A stretch of 44,827 nt of DNA, from assembly GCA_900544515.1 (NCBI GenBank), contig UQVI01000001.1:1-44827 (forward strand). Direction: 5' to 3'. This DNA is from an uncultured Oscillospiraceae bacterium. GTDB taxonomy: Bacteria; Bacillota; Clostridia; Oscillospirales; Acutalibacteraceae. Within the stretch, counting starts at the first letter, position 1. Each line of letters begins with the position of its first letter. The translations under genes were made by a program, and so were the position numbers. The notes under the pieces are model-generated. The model searched no databases. It was not told the DNA's origin and saw only the letters and a program-made list of their open reading frames with translations. Shown here in pieces: positions 29,373-38,380 of the stretch.

Positions 29373-30548
29373 ATGACAGAGTATAAGCTTAAATACGGTT
29401 GTAACCCGAATCAGAATCCTGCAAGAATTCATATGGACGGCAAGAAGCTTCCATTTGAAATACTCAACGGAGCAGCAGGATATATTAATCTTTTAGATGC
29501 ATTTAACTCGTGGCAGCTTGTCAAGGAGCTGAAGGAGGCTACAGGTCTTCCGAGTGCAGCTTCCTTTAAACACGTTTCACCTGCAGGTGCTGCAGTTGCT
29601 CAGCCGCTTGATGATATTGACAGAAAAGTATGTATGGTACCTGACGGACTTGAGCTTTCACCGATTGCACAGGCTTATGTACGTGCAAGAAGCTGTGACA
29701 GACAGTCTTCCTTCGGTGACTTTGCGGCTCTCAGTGATGAATGTGATGCTTCTGTTGCAAAGTTCCTTGTTAAAGAGGTAAGTGACGGTATCATCGCACC
29801 GTCTTATACAGATGAGGCACTTGAAATTCTCAAATCAAAGAGAAGAGGTAATTTCCTCATTATTAAAATGGACGCTGATTATGTTCCTGAGGAGATGGAG
29901 ACAAAGCAGGTATTCGGTATCAAGTTTGAGCAGAAGCGTAATAACGCTAAAATTACTATGGACCTTTTCAACGATATGCCTACTAAGATTAAGGAAATTC
30001 CTGAAATTGCAAAGATTGATTTGCTCATTTCAATGATTACTTTAAAGTATACACAGTCAAACTCAGTTGTTTATGCACAGGGCGGACAGACTCTCGGTGT
30101 CGGTGCCGGTCAGCAGAGCCGTATCCTTTGTACTCGTATGGCAGGTAATAAGGCTGATATGCTCTGGTTCAGAAGAAATGAAAAGGTGCTCAATCTTCCA
30201 TTTATTGAGGGCATCCGTAAGTGTGATGCTGACAATGCGATTGACCTTTATATTTCAGATGAGTATGAGGAGCTTCTCAAGGACGGTGTATGGCAGAGAT
30301 ATTTCACAGAGTGCCCTGCTCCGTTTACGAAGGAGGAGAAGGACGCTTGGCATGAAAAGATGACCGATGTTGCTCTTGGCTCCGATGCGTTCTTCCCATT
30401 TGAGGATAATATTGAAAGGGCTGTACGTTCAGGTGTTAAGTACATTGCGCAGCCGGGCGGTTCAGTAAGAGATGAGGCTGTTATCGAATGCTGTGATCAT
30501 TATGGTATTGCAATGACAATGACAGGTATCAGACTTTTCCATCATTAA
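29373..30548 (+). CDS. purH: Stand-alone AICAR transformylase (PurH C-terminal domain only)
   Basis: LKYGCNPNQ, SFKHVSPAG, KYTQSNSV, GAGQQSR, SDAFFPF, QPGGSVRD, RLFHH; N-terminal IMP cyclohydrolase domain absent. Confidence 0.9.
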   Translation: MTEYKLKYGCNPNQNPARIHMDGKKLPFEILNGAAGYINLLDAFNSWQLVKELKEATGLPSAASFKHVSPAGAAVAQPLDDIDRKVCMVPDGLELSPIAQAYVRARSCDRQSSFGDFAALSDECDASVAKFLVKEVSDGIIAPSYTDEALEILKSKRRGNFLIIKMDADYVPEEMETKQVFGIKFEQKRNNAKITMDLFNDMPTKIKEIPEIAKIDLLISMITLKYTQSNSVVYAQGGQTLGVGAGQQSRILCTRMAGNKADMLWFRRNEKVLNLPFIEGIRKCDADNAIDLYISDEYEELLKDGVWQRYFTECPAPFTKEEKDAWHEKMTDVALGSDAFFPFEDNIERAVRSGVKYIAQPGGSVRDEAVIECCDHYGIAMTMTGIRLFHH

Positions 30549-30568
30549 TCCAAATAAATAATAAAAAC

Positions 30569-30603
30569 AATGAAAGAATAATCTTGTGATTATTCTTTCA
30601 TTT
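30569..30603 (+). terminator. Hairpin/terminator after the AICAR transformylase gene
   Basis: 15-bp stem AATGAAAGAATAATC/GATTATTCTTTCATT. Confidence 0.65.
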
Positions 30604-30619
30604 GCTATAGGTGATAATT

Positions 30620-31375
30620 ATGAAAATGATTTCATGGAATGTTAACGGTTTGCGTGCATGTATGAATAAGGATTTTGAAGTTTTCTTTAACGATATTGAT
30701 GCGGATATCTTCTGCCTGCAGGAAACCAAGCTGCAGGAGGGTCAGATTGATTTTTCCCCTGAGGGTTATAACTGCTATTGGAACTATGCCGAGAAAAAAG
30801 GATATTCAGGTACTGCCATATTTACCAAGAAAAAGCCTGTCAGTGTGAAGTACGGTATGGGTATTGAGGAACACGATAAAGAGGGCAGACTTATTACGCT
30901 TGAATTTGAGAATTTCTATTTTGCCACAGTTTATGTTCCCAATTCTCAGAGGGAACTGAAAAGGCTGGACTATCGTATGCAGTGGGAAAATGATTTCAGA
31001 GACTATATTCTCACTCTCGAAAGAGCAAAGCCTGTTATTTTCTGCGGTGATTTGAATGTGGCACATAAGGAAATTGATTTGAAAAATCCTAAGACCAACC
31101 ATAAGAACGCAGGTTTTACTGATGATGAAAGGGAAAAGCTGACCCTGATGCTTGACAGTGGCTTTACCGATTCTTTCAGATTTTTCTATCCTGATGCTGA
31201 GGGCATTTACAGCTGGTGGTCCTATATGTTCAAGGCAAGGGAAAAGAATGCAGGTTGGAGAATTGATTATTTCATAACATCAAAAGCACTTGATGATAAG
31301 CTTGAAGATGCTAAAATTCATACCGATATTTTCGGCTCTGACCATTGCCCTATCGAGCTTGATATTAACATTTAA
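30620..31375 (+). CDS. xth: Exodeoxyribonuclease III / AP endonuclease
   Basis: SWNVNGLRA, CLQETK, GYSGTA, CGDLNVAH, GWRIDY, GSDHCP. Confidence 0.96.
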   Translation: MKMISWNVNGLRACMNKDFEVFFNDIDADIFCLQETKLQEGQIDFSPEGYNCYWNYAEKKGYSGTAIFTKKKPVSVKYGMGIEEHDKEGRLITLEFENFYFATVYVPNSQRELKRLDYRMQWENDFRDYILTLERAKPVIFCGDLNVAHKEIDLKNPKTNHKNAGFTDDEREKLTLMLDSGFTDSFRFFYPDAEGIYSWWSYMFKAREKNAGWRIDYFITSKALDDKLEDAKIHTDIFGSDHCPIELDINI

Positions 31376-31391
31376 TTTTATGAGGTAAACT

Positions 31392-32174
31392 ATGTCCATT
31401 CTTATTTGTCCTGTGTGTAATGAAAAACTGAATAAAACAGGCAATTCCTTGAAATGCACCAATCATCATTCCTTTGATTTTTCAAAGGAGGGGTATGTCA
31501 ATCTGCTTTTAGGTTCAAAAAACGGTGATAAAACAGGTGATAGCAAGGATTCTGCAAGGGCACGTCACACACTACTTGCAAAGGAATATTATTCCTGCCT
31601 TAAAAATTATCTTAAGGAAAAGATGCAGGGCACTGTTCTTGATATCTGCTGCGGTGAGGGGTATTATGATGATTATGAGGGCGAACTTTATGGCTTTGAC
31701 ATCAGCAAGGAAATGATACGTCTTGCCTCAAAGAGTAAAAAAGATAACCATTATTTCATTGCGAATTTATCCTCCATTCCTGTTGAGAGTGAAAGCGTGG
31801 ATACGGCGCTTCATCTTTTTGCCCCGTTTAATGAAAAGGAATTCTCAAGGGTGCTTAAGAAAGACGGAACACTTTATTCCGTAGTCGGAGGTGAAAATCA
31901 TTTGTGGGAGATGAAAGAGCTTATCTATGACACCCCTTATAAAAATGATGAACAGCCGCCGAAAACAGAGAACCTTAAGCTGATATCAAAAACAAAGGTC
32001 AGCGACAGGGTGAAAATACCGCAGGAGGACTTGAAAACACTTTTTTCAATGACGCCCTATTTTTACAGAACGAGTGAAAAGGATAAGACAAAGCTGAATG
32101 ATGTAAGCGAGCTTCTGCTGACAGTGGAATTTGTAATTTTTGAATATAAAAAGGAAGAGATTAGCAATGGATAG
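31392..32174 (+). CDS. RlmA-like 23S rRNA m1G methyltransferase
   Basis: N-terminal CPVC...C..HSFD zinc site, GYVNLL, LDICCGEGYY, MTPY. Confidence 0.85.
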   Translation: MSILICPVCNEKLNKTGNSLKCTNHHSFDFSKEGYVNLLLGSKNGDKTGDSKDSARARHTLLAKEYYSCLKNYLKEKMQGTVLDICCGEGYYDDYEGELYGFDISKEMIRLASKSKKDNHYFIANLSSIPVESESVDTALHLFAPFNEKEFSRVLKKDGTLYSVVGGENHLWEMKELIYDTPYKNDEQPPKTENLKLISKTKVSDRVKIPQEDLKTLFSMTPYFYRTSEKDKTKLNDVSELLLTVEFVIFEYKKEEISNG

Positions 32175-32346
32175 CCTTTGTGAAAAATGCTGGTATAACG
32201 AGTATGATGACGAGACGGATGAGAGCTTTTGCTCCCTTGTCCTTGATGAGGATGAATACGTCCGCCTGATGCAGGAACAGAATAAATCCTGCCGATACTT
32301 CCGTCCTGACGGCAGTGAATATGATATTGTAAGGAAGCAGAATTAA
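32167..32346 (+). CDS. Small Cys/acidic protein (DUF6472-like)
   Basis: CxxCxYxxYDxExDxxxC...LDEDE...C.YF...EY.IVRKQ pattern; start moved to ATG 32167. Confidence 0.7.
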   Translation: MDSLCEKCWYNEYDDETDESFCSLVLDEDEYVRLMQEQNKSCRYFRPDGSEYDIVRKQN

Positions 32347-32766
32347 ATGAAAAAGTCAAAACGGAATATAATACTCGTATTTTGTGTTGTGTTGATAATC
32401 GCTTTTGTTTGTTGTGCTATTTCCATATTTCATTATAATGCAAAGGAATATATGTTAAAGGTTACAGATATTATGTGGTATGCACCGGAAGAGTGTGATA
32501 CACAAGTAAGAGAATTGAAAGCGCGTAAGGATGATATAATTCAGTCAATATCACCCGGATATGAAGATGTAGCCTTTGAAATTATAAAGGTATCAGAAAA
32601 ATCAATTACAGTGAAATCCAATCAGCCATTGAGTATTCTGAAAGAGAATAAGAAGATTAATTTGGATAGCAACGAAACAGAGTTTGTGATAAATAGAGGA
32701 GAAAAAATTCAGTTGCATACACCCACCTTCGATGGCGGAGGATGTTGGGAAATAGAGTTTGAATAA
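32347..32766 (+). CDS. Hypothetical N-terminally anchored protein
   Basis: Basic N-terminus plus hydrophobic helix, 139 aa, AT-rich. Confidence 0.65.
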   Translation: MKKSKRNIILVFCVVLIIAFVCCAISIFHYNAKEYMLKVTDIMWYAPEECDTQVRELKARKDDIIQSISPGYEDVAFEIIKVSEKSITVKSNQPLSILKENKKINLDSNETEFVINRGEKIQLHTPTFDGGGCWEIEFE

Positions 32767-32794
32767 TTTATTGTTAATATTGAGGAAATTTATT

Positions 32795-33637
32795 ATGAAC
32801 CGACTTTTAATTGTTGACGGTAATAATCTGTTGTTTCAGATGTTTTTCGGTATGCCTGCGAGAATCGTAAATGAACAGGGTAAAGCAATTCAGGGAACAC
32901 TGGGATTTACAGGTGCGTTATTGAAAATAATTCGCAAAACGAATCCAACACACATTGCAGTATTTTTTGACGGAGAACACGAAAATAATCGCACCGCTTT
33001 TAATCCCGATTACAAGGCAAACAGAATGGATTACAGTGAAGTTCCTGAACAGGACAACCCTTTTTCACAGCTTAATGATGTTTATGATGCACTTGATTAT
33101 CTTGGTATAAAGCATACTGAAACCATAAACTGTGAAGCGGATGATTTAATTGCAGGTTATGCGCTGACATACGGACAGGAGAATGAAATTATCATTTCAT
33201 CATTTGACAGTGACTTTTTTCAGTTGATAACAAATCATGTATCTGTACTCAGATATCGCGGTGATAAAACAGTAATCTGTACACCTGATTATATAAAGGA
33301 AAAATTCGGCATCGTACCGTCGCAATATGCGGATTTTAAATCCCTTGTCGGTGATGTATCTGATAATATTAAGGGAGCAGATAAGATTGGTCCTAAAACA
33401 GCGGCATTACTTCTGAATGAGTTTGGCACTTTGCAGAATATTCTTATAAATGCAGATGAGATAAAGAGACCGTCAATCAGAGAATCTGTAACCAGAAATT
33501 CCGAAAGGTTGAAAATGAATTATAAAATTATCCGGCTTGACAATTCAGCATTGCTGCCATTTGAAATCAGTGAACTTAAATATACTTTTACTGAAATAAC
33601 GACAAATGAGGTATTAAAGGGTATAGGCTTAAAGTAA
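32795..33637 (+). CDS. Stand-alone 5'-3' exonuclease / flap endonuclease (Pol I N-terminal domain-like)
   Basis: LIVDGNN, VFFDG, YKANR, EADDLI, SSFDSDF, LVGDVSDNIKG..IGPKTA; start moved to ATG 32795 behind GAGG. Confidence 0.9.
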   Translation: MNRLLIVDGNNLLFQMFFGMPARIVNEQGKAIQGTLGFTGALLKIIRKTNPTHIAVFFDGEHENNRTAFNPDYKANRMDYSEVPEQDNPFSQLNDVYDALDYLGIKHTETINCEADDLIAGYALTYGQENEIIISSFDSDFFQLITNHVSVLRYRGDKTVICTPDYIKEKFGIVPSQYADFKSLVGDVSDNIKGADKIGPKTAALLLNEFGTLQNILINADEIKRPSIRESVTRNSERLKMNYKIIRLDNSALLPFEISELKYTFTEITTNEVLKGIGLK

Positions 33638-33673
33638 AATTATATAATAATAAAAAATACCTTACGTAACCTA

Positions 33674-33704
33674 TTGCTTGTTACGCTGCGTAATGCCTTA
33701 CAAT
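33674..33704 (+). promoter_or_regulatory. MerR-type promoter with 19-bp spacer and dyad operator
   Basis: TTGCTT-19bp-TACAAT with TTACGC-T-GCGTAA (33681-33693) inside the spacer. Confidence 0.7.
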
Positions 33705-33730
33705 AGGGACTGTAAGGAGGTGAAAGACTT

Positions 33731-34450
33731 ATGTCAAAATACACAACAGGAGAAATGGCTAAGCTTTGCAATGTTACTGTGCGCACGGTTCAGTACTATG
33801 ATACAAGGGGAATACTCATTCCTGCCCAGCTGAGCGAAGGCGGCAGAAGGCTTTACAATGATGATGATTTGAAAAAGCTGCGGCTCATCTGTTATCTTAA
33901 GAATATAGGCTTATCCCTTGACAGCATTGCCGATATACTGACTGCTGAAAATGGTAAAAATGTTATTTCTACCATTCTTCAGGAGCAGAGGGCACAGCTG
34001 AAAAATGATATTGAACAGCAAAAGGAAAGCCTTAAGGAGATTGACGGCTTTTTGAATGAGCTTGAAAGCTGCAGGTCATTTTCTGTTGAATCTATAAAAG
34101 ACATAGTAAATTTTATGGAGAACAGGCAATCGCTGAAAAATCTGCATATAAAAATGATTCTGGTAGGACTTGTTGTGGATGCTATTGAGATTTCAACAAT
34201 TGTTCTCTGGATTGTTAAAGGAATATGGATTCCTTTTGCAGTCGGAATGGTAATCGTTGTTCTTCTCGTTTCGTGGATATTTAATGTTTACTGCAAAAAT
34301 GTAGCATATATTTGTCCTGAATGCCACGAGATTTTCAAGCCGGAAAAAAAGGAAATGTTTTTTGCAAAGCATACACCGAAAACAAGGAAGCTCACATGCA
34401 CCCATTGCGGTCACAAAAGTTACTGCGTTGAGGTAGGAAATAAACAATAA
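33731..34450 (+). CDS. MerR-family regulator with two TM helices and C-terminal zinc ribbon
   Basis: YTTGEMAKLCNVTVRTVQYYD...GGRRLY HTH; hydrophobic segments; CPECH...CTHCG. Confidence 0.9.
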   Translation: MSKYTTGEMAKLCNVTVRTVQYYDTRGILIPAQLSEGGRRLYNDDDLKKLRLICYLKNIGLSLDSIADILTAENGKNVISTILQEQRAQLKNDIEQQKESLKEIDGFLNELESCRSFSVESIKDIVNFMENRQSLKNLHIKMILVGLVVDAIEISTIVLWIVKGIWIPFAVGMVIVVLLVSWIFNVYCKNVAYICPECHEIFKPEKKEMFFAKHTPKTRKLTCTHCGHKSYCVEVGNKQ

Positions 34451-34454
34451 TAAA

Positions 34455-34485
34455 ACACCCTATAGTCAATTTGACTATAGGGTGT
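34455..34485. terminator. Hairpin between convergent merR and LCP genes, probable bidirectional terminator
   Basis: ACACCCTATAGTCAA-T-TTGACTATAGGGTGT. Confidence 0.75.
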
Positions 34486-34490
34486 AAATT

Positions 34491-35816
34491 TTATTTATCT
34501 GAATTTTCGTCAGCATTTATGTCGTCGGAGCTTTTATTATAGATATAGTCTGTCAGCATTTGCTTATTCTCTTCTGTATTTATGCTGATAACACTGTTTC
34601 CCCTGATTGTGGCGTAATCCCATGTGCCCTCAAATGGTACTTTTGTCTGGTGCATATCACCGGTGATACAAAAGGCAGCCTGCATTACAAAGCTCATCAG
34701 CTCGCCCTTGCTCATATCTGTTTCAATATAAGGTGCTGATTTGTAAGCCATATTGTATAATCTGAATGGGCTTGAGTGCTTTGCACTGGTAAGGATTGCA
34801 CTCATAACCGTACGCTGTCTTTCTGTTCGCACAAAGTCGGTGTCAATCTTTCTGATACGGCAGTAGGCAAGAGCCTGTTCACCACTGAGCTTGTACTTAC
34901 CTGAATCAAGCTTTACGTGATCGTAGCGATAAGGGTGGCTTGTTACTTCCTTTGCCTCTGCTTCGGTAACATCAACCTCAACACCGCCGAGACTATCCAC
35001 AAGCACCTTGAACATTTCAAAATCAACAACGGCATAACCGTCAATGTCAATGCCGAAATTGTACTCGATTGCATCCACAACGCCCTGATATCCGCCTGAT
35101 GAACAAGCGGCATTCAGGCGCTGTTCGCCCTCAAGTGCAGGAATATATACCCAAGTGTCTCGCAAAAAAGATACCATTTTAATGCAGTGGTGCTTCATAT
35201 CAAGCGATACCAGCATCATCGTGTCAGAACGTGTTTGTTCAGCATTTTCACCGGTACGTGCATCAACACCCAGCAGCAGGATATTTTTAACCATTGCACT
35301 GCTTTCGAGAGAATCGGCAGCAGCAAATTTATTTTCCTGCTTCTCGTTATAGTTTATTCTGCCCATAGCTACGGAGACGGAGCCGACGATAATAAGCACC
35401 AGTACAAGAATAAATACAAGTATGCTTTTACCTACAGATAGATGTGGCAGTTTGCCCTTTTTCTTTGGCGGCTTATCAGATCGGTTTTTGTGCGTCTTTT
35501 TCTGCCTGTCCGCCTTGTTTTGTTCAGGTTTCTGCGGGCTCTGATGACCGAAGAAATCATTTACCGTCTCGCTTCTGAAACGCTGCGGCTGCTCAGTATT
35601 ATTCACATATGGCCGTGAAAAATCATCACAGGGGTTGATTCCGCTTTCTCTTCTTTGATTATCCTGTACCACATTTTCATTTTTCTGTCTGTTATTAAAA
35701 TTTAAGTCAATCGGATTGTAACCGTAAAAATTTTCCTCTTCAGGGACAGTTCTGTCAATATCACGGTTACGGTTTCTTCTTTCGGGATTAAAGCCTTCAT
35801 TTTCAAAACGAGGCAT
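34491..35816 (-). CDS. LytR-CpsA-Psr (LCP) family protein
   Basis: Long polar N-terminus, TM, NILLLGVD, RSDTMML, SFLRD, RLNAA, ALAYCRIR, RTERQR. Confidence 0.93.
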   Translation of the reverse strand: MPRFENEGFNPERRNRNRDIDRTVPEEENFYGYNPIDLNFNNRQKNENVVQDNQRRESGINPCDDFSRPYVNNTEQPQRFRSETVNDFFGHQSPQKPEQNKADRQKKTHKNRSDKPPKKKGKLPHLSVGKSILVFILVLVLIIVGSVSVAMGRINYNEKQENKFAAADSLESSAMVKNILLLGVDARTGENAEQTRSDTMMLVSLDMKHHCIKMVSFLRDTWVYIPALEGEQRLNAACSSGGYQGVVDAIEYNFGIDIDGYAVVDFEMFKVLVDSLGGVEVDVTEAEAKEVTSHPYRYDHVKLDSGKYKLSGEQALAYCRIRKIDTDFVRTERQRTVMSAILTSAKHSSPFRLYNMAYKSAPYIETDMSKGELMSFVMQAAFCITGDMHQTKVPFEGTWDYATIRGNSVISINTEENKQMLTDYIYNKSSDDINADENSDK

Positions 35817-35883
35817 CGAATCACCTCCACAGATATATTACTGCATAACGTTATTAATTTCAACTAACAATTTGTAAATAATA

Positions 35884-35912
35884 TTGACAATAAAAGTTAA
35901 GTCCTATAAAAT
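35884..35912 (+). promoter_or_regulatory. Sigma-A promoter of rnpB
   Basis: TTGACA-17-TAAAAT just upstream of the P1 helix. Confidence 0.8.
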
Positions 35913-35917
35913 AGATA

Positions 35918-36250
35918 TGCGAGTTGGCTTGGCAGTTGCGTATTGCTTTGCAATATGAGGAAAGTCCGAGCAGCACAGAGCAGGATGACGGCTAACGGCC
36001 GCCGAGGGTGACCTTAGGGAAAGTGCAACAGAAATATACCGCCTCTTATGAGGTAAGGGTGGAAAGGCGAGGTAAGAGCTCACCGAGAGAGTGGAGACAT
36101 TCTCTGCCATGTAAACCCCATCCGCTGCAACATCGACTAAAGGGTTGTTTGCTCGACACATAACTTTGAAGGATGGCTGGAGCGCTGGAGCAATTCAGCG
36201 TCGAGATAGATAATTGCCCATGACAGAACTCGGCTTACTGCCAACTCGCA
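35918..36250 (+). ncRNA. rnpB: RNase P RNA, bacterial type A
   Basis: P1 TGCGAGTTGGC/GCCAACTCGCA; GAGGAAAGTCC, GAAAGTGCAACAGAAA, GGTAAGAG, TAAACCCC, AGATAGATAAT, ACAGAACTCGGCTTA. Confidence 0.97.
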
Positions 36251-36452
36251 CTAAATTGCGTCTTTTTCCGTTATGCGTCGTTTTGTCAAAACAAATTTCG
36301 CATTTAAACAAATTGCTATGCAATATGAAACAAATGCTTCATTGTTTATCCTCTTCCCAAAAAGCTAATGCTTTTTAGGAACCCTGATTTAATTCCGCCC
36401 GGAAATTTGGTAATAAAATAATTTAATTATATTCATAAATGAGGTAATAAAA

Positions 36453-37295
36453 ATGCTTGTAAATATGAGCTCTCTTCTGGAGGATGCACAGAAGGGGAAT
36501 TATGCAGTCGGCTCGTTTTCCGTTGCAAATATGGAAATGGTGCTTGGCGTGCTTAAGGCAGCAAAGGAGCTTAATGCCCCTGTAATTTTACAGATTGCTG
36601 AAGTAAGATTAAAACAGAGTCCGCTGGAGATAATCGGTCCTTTAATGGTTGCGGCTGCTGAAAATGCAGATACGCCGGTGGCTGTTCATTTTGATCACGG
36701 CAAGACGCTTGAAAAAATCGGTCAGGCTCTGGACTTAGGCTTCACGTCTGTTATGTTTGACGGCTCACATCTTTCCCTTGATGAAAACATTGAGATGACC
36801 AAAAAGGTTATGGAAATGGCAGCAGAATATGATGCTGATGTTGAGGCGGAAATAGGTTGTGTAGGCGGTTCTGAGGACGGCTCTGAGGATATTGCCATTA
36901 ACTGTACAAAGGTGGAGGATGCCGTACGTTTTGAGGCGGAGACAAATGTTGATGCCCTTGCAATTGCAATTGGCAATGCACACGGCAATTACAAAAGCAC
37001 GCCGAAGCTCAGATTTGATATTCTTGAAGAGGTGGAGAAGAATACGGATTTACCGCTTGTTCTTCACGGCGGTACAGGTATTACTCCTGATGATTTTGTA
37101 AGGTGTTCACATACAGGAATCAAGAAAATAAATATTGCCACAGCTACCTTTGATATGGTTGAAAACACCGTTCATAAGTGCTATAATGAGGACAGCATTA
37201 AGGGGTATTACGATTTACAGGCTGCTGAGGTTGAGGGTGCTTATCAGAATGCGAAAAAGCACATACTCATTTTCGGAACAGATAATAAAGCGTAA
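36453..37295 (+). CDS. iolJ: Class II aldolase, probably 6-phospho-5-dehydro-2-deoxy-D-gluconate aldolase
   Basis: VHFDHG, VMFDGS, AIGNAHG, VLHGGTG, KINIAT; adjacent to iolC; housekeeping fba is present separately. Confidence 0.72.
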   Translation: MLVNMSSLLEDAQKGNYAVGSFSVANMEMVLGVLKAAKELNAPVILQIAEVRLKQSPLEIIGPLMVAAAENADTPVAVHFDHGKTLEKIGQALDLGFTSVMFDGSHLSLDENIEMTKKVMEMAAEYDADVEAEIGCVGGSEDGSEDIAINCTKVEDAVRFEAETNVDALAIAIGNAHGNYKSTPKLRFDILEEVEKNTDLPLVLHGGTGITPDDFVRCSHTGIKKINIATATFDMVENTVHKCYNEDSIKGYYDLQAAEVEGAYQNAKKHILIFGTDNKA

Positions 37296-37324
37296 TATCA
37301 CATTATATATAAGAGGTAAAATTT

Positions 37325-38341
37325 ATGAAATATATTGAATTTGATATGTCAAAGCCACTTGACTTTATCCCAATCGGCAGAATTGCGATTGATTTTAATC
37401 CCACCGATATGTATATGCCGCTCAGCCAGTCCTCTAATTTTAACAAATATGTAGGCGGCTCACCTGCGAATATTGCTGTCGGTCTTGCAAGACTTGGTTG
37501 CAAGGTTGGATTCTGCGGCTGCGTAAGTAATGATCAGTTCGGTGATTTTGTTGTGGATTACTTTGATAAAGAGGGTATTGACACAAGTCAGATTACAAGA
37601 GCTAAGAACGGCGAAGGTCTCGGCCTTACATTTACTGAGATTCTTTCAAAGGAAAAGTCCTCAATCCTTATGTACCGTGACAATGTTGCAGATTTCTGCA
37701 TGGCTCCTGAGGATATCAAGGAGGAGTATATCGCATCAGCAAAGGCTATTGTTATCAGCGGTACTGCTCTTGCGCAGTCTCCTTCACGTGAGGCCTGCCT
37801 TAAGGCAATGATGCTTGCGAAGAAGAATAATGTAAGAATTATTTTTGACATTGATTATCGTGAATATACTTGGAAATCAAAGGATGAAATCGCTGTTTAT
37901 TACAGCCTTGTTGCTCAGAATGCGGATATCATTATGGGCTCAAGAGAGGAATTTGATTTAACTGAGGGTATTGTTGGTGTTAAGGATTCTGACCCTGAGT
38001 CTGCTAAATATTGGCAGTCCTTTGGTGCGGCAATCTGCGTTATCAAGCACGGCAAGGAAGGCTCAACCGCTTATACAAACGATGGCAAATTCTATTCAAT
38101 CAAGCCTTTCCCTGCTGTTAAGCTTAAAGGCTTCGGTGGTGGTGACGGCTACGGCTCATCCTTCCTTTACAGCCTTTTACAGGGTAAGGAGATTATCGAG
38201 TGCCTTGAGTTCGGCTCAGCATCTGCATCAATCCTTATTTCTGCTCATTCCTGTTCAGATGCTATGCCGTCTGCAAAGCAGGTTGAGGATTTCATCAGAA
38301 AGAGCAAGGAAGAATACGGCGAAATGGTAGCCAGAGTTTAA
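37325..38341 (+). CDS. iolC: 5-dehydro-2-deoxygluconokinase (PfkB family)
   Basis: IGRIAIDFN, YVGGSPANIA, SGTALAQSPSREA, FDIDYR, KHGKEGS, GFGGGDG, HSCSDAMP. Confidence 0.92.
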   Translation: MKYIEFDMSKPLDFIPIGRIAIDFNPTDMYMPLSQSSNFNKYVGGSPANIAVGLARLGCKVGFCGCVSNDQFGDFVVDYFDKEGIDTSQITRAKNGEGLGLTFTEILSKEKSSILMYRDNVADFCMAPEDIKEEYIASAKAIVISGTALAQSPSREACLKAMMLAKKNNVRIIFDIDYREYTWKSKDEIAVYYSLVAQNADIIMGSREEFDLTEGIVGVKDSDPESAKYWQSFGAAICVIKHGKEGSTAYTNDGKFYSIKPFPAVKLKGFGGGDGYGSSFLYSLLQGKEIIECLEFGSASASILISAHSCSDAMPSAKQVEDFIRKSKEEYGEMVARV

Positions 38342-38380
38342 TAAAATACCGTTAAATTTAAAATCGTTTAGATAAAAATT

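Noticed and set aside
35904..36161. 85-aa minus-strand ORF
   Set aside because: Antisense shadow of the RNase P RNA
195..36250. Many nucleases in one window (DEDDh, RNase J, RNase H, ExoIII, FEN, RNase P) as a defence island
   Set aside because: All are housekeeping families in separate transcription units with no defence-type partners
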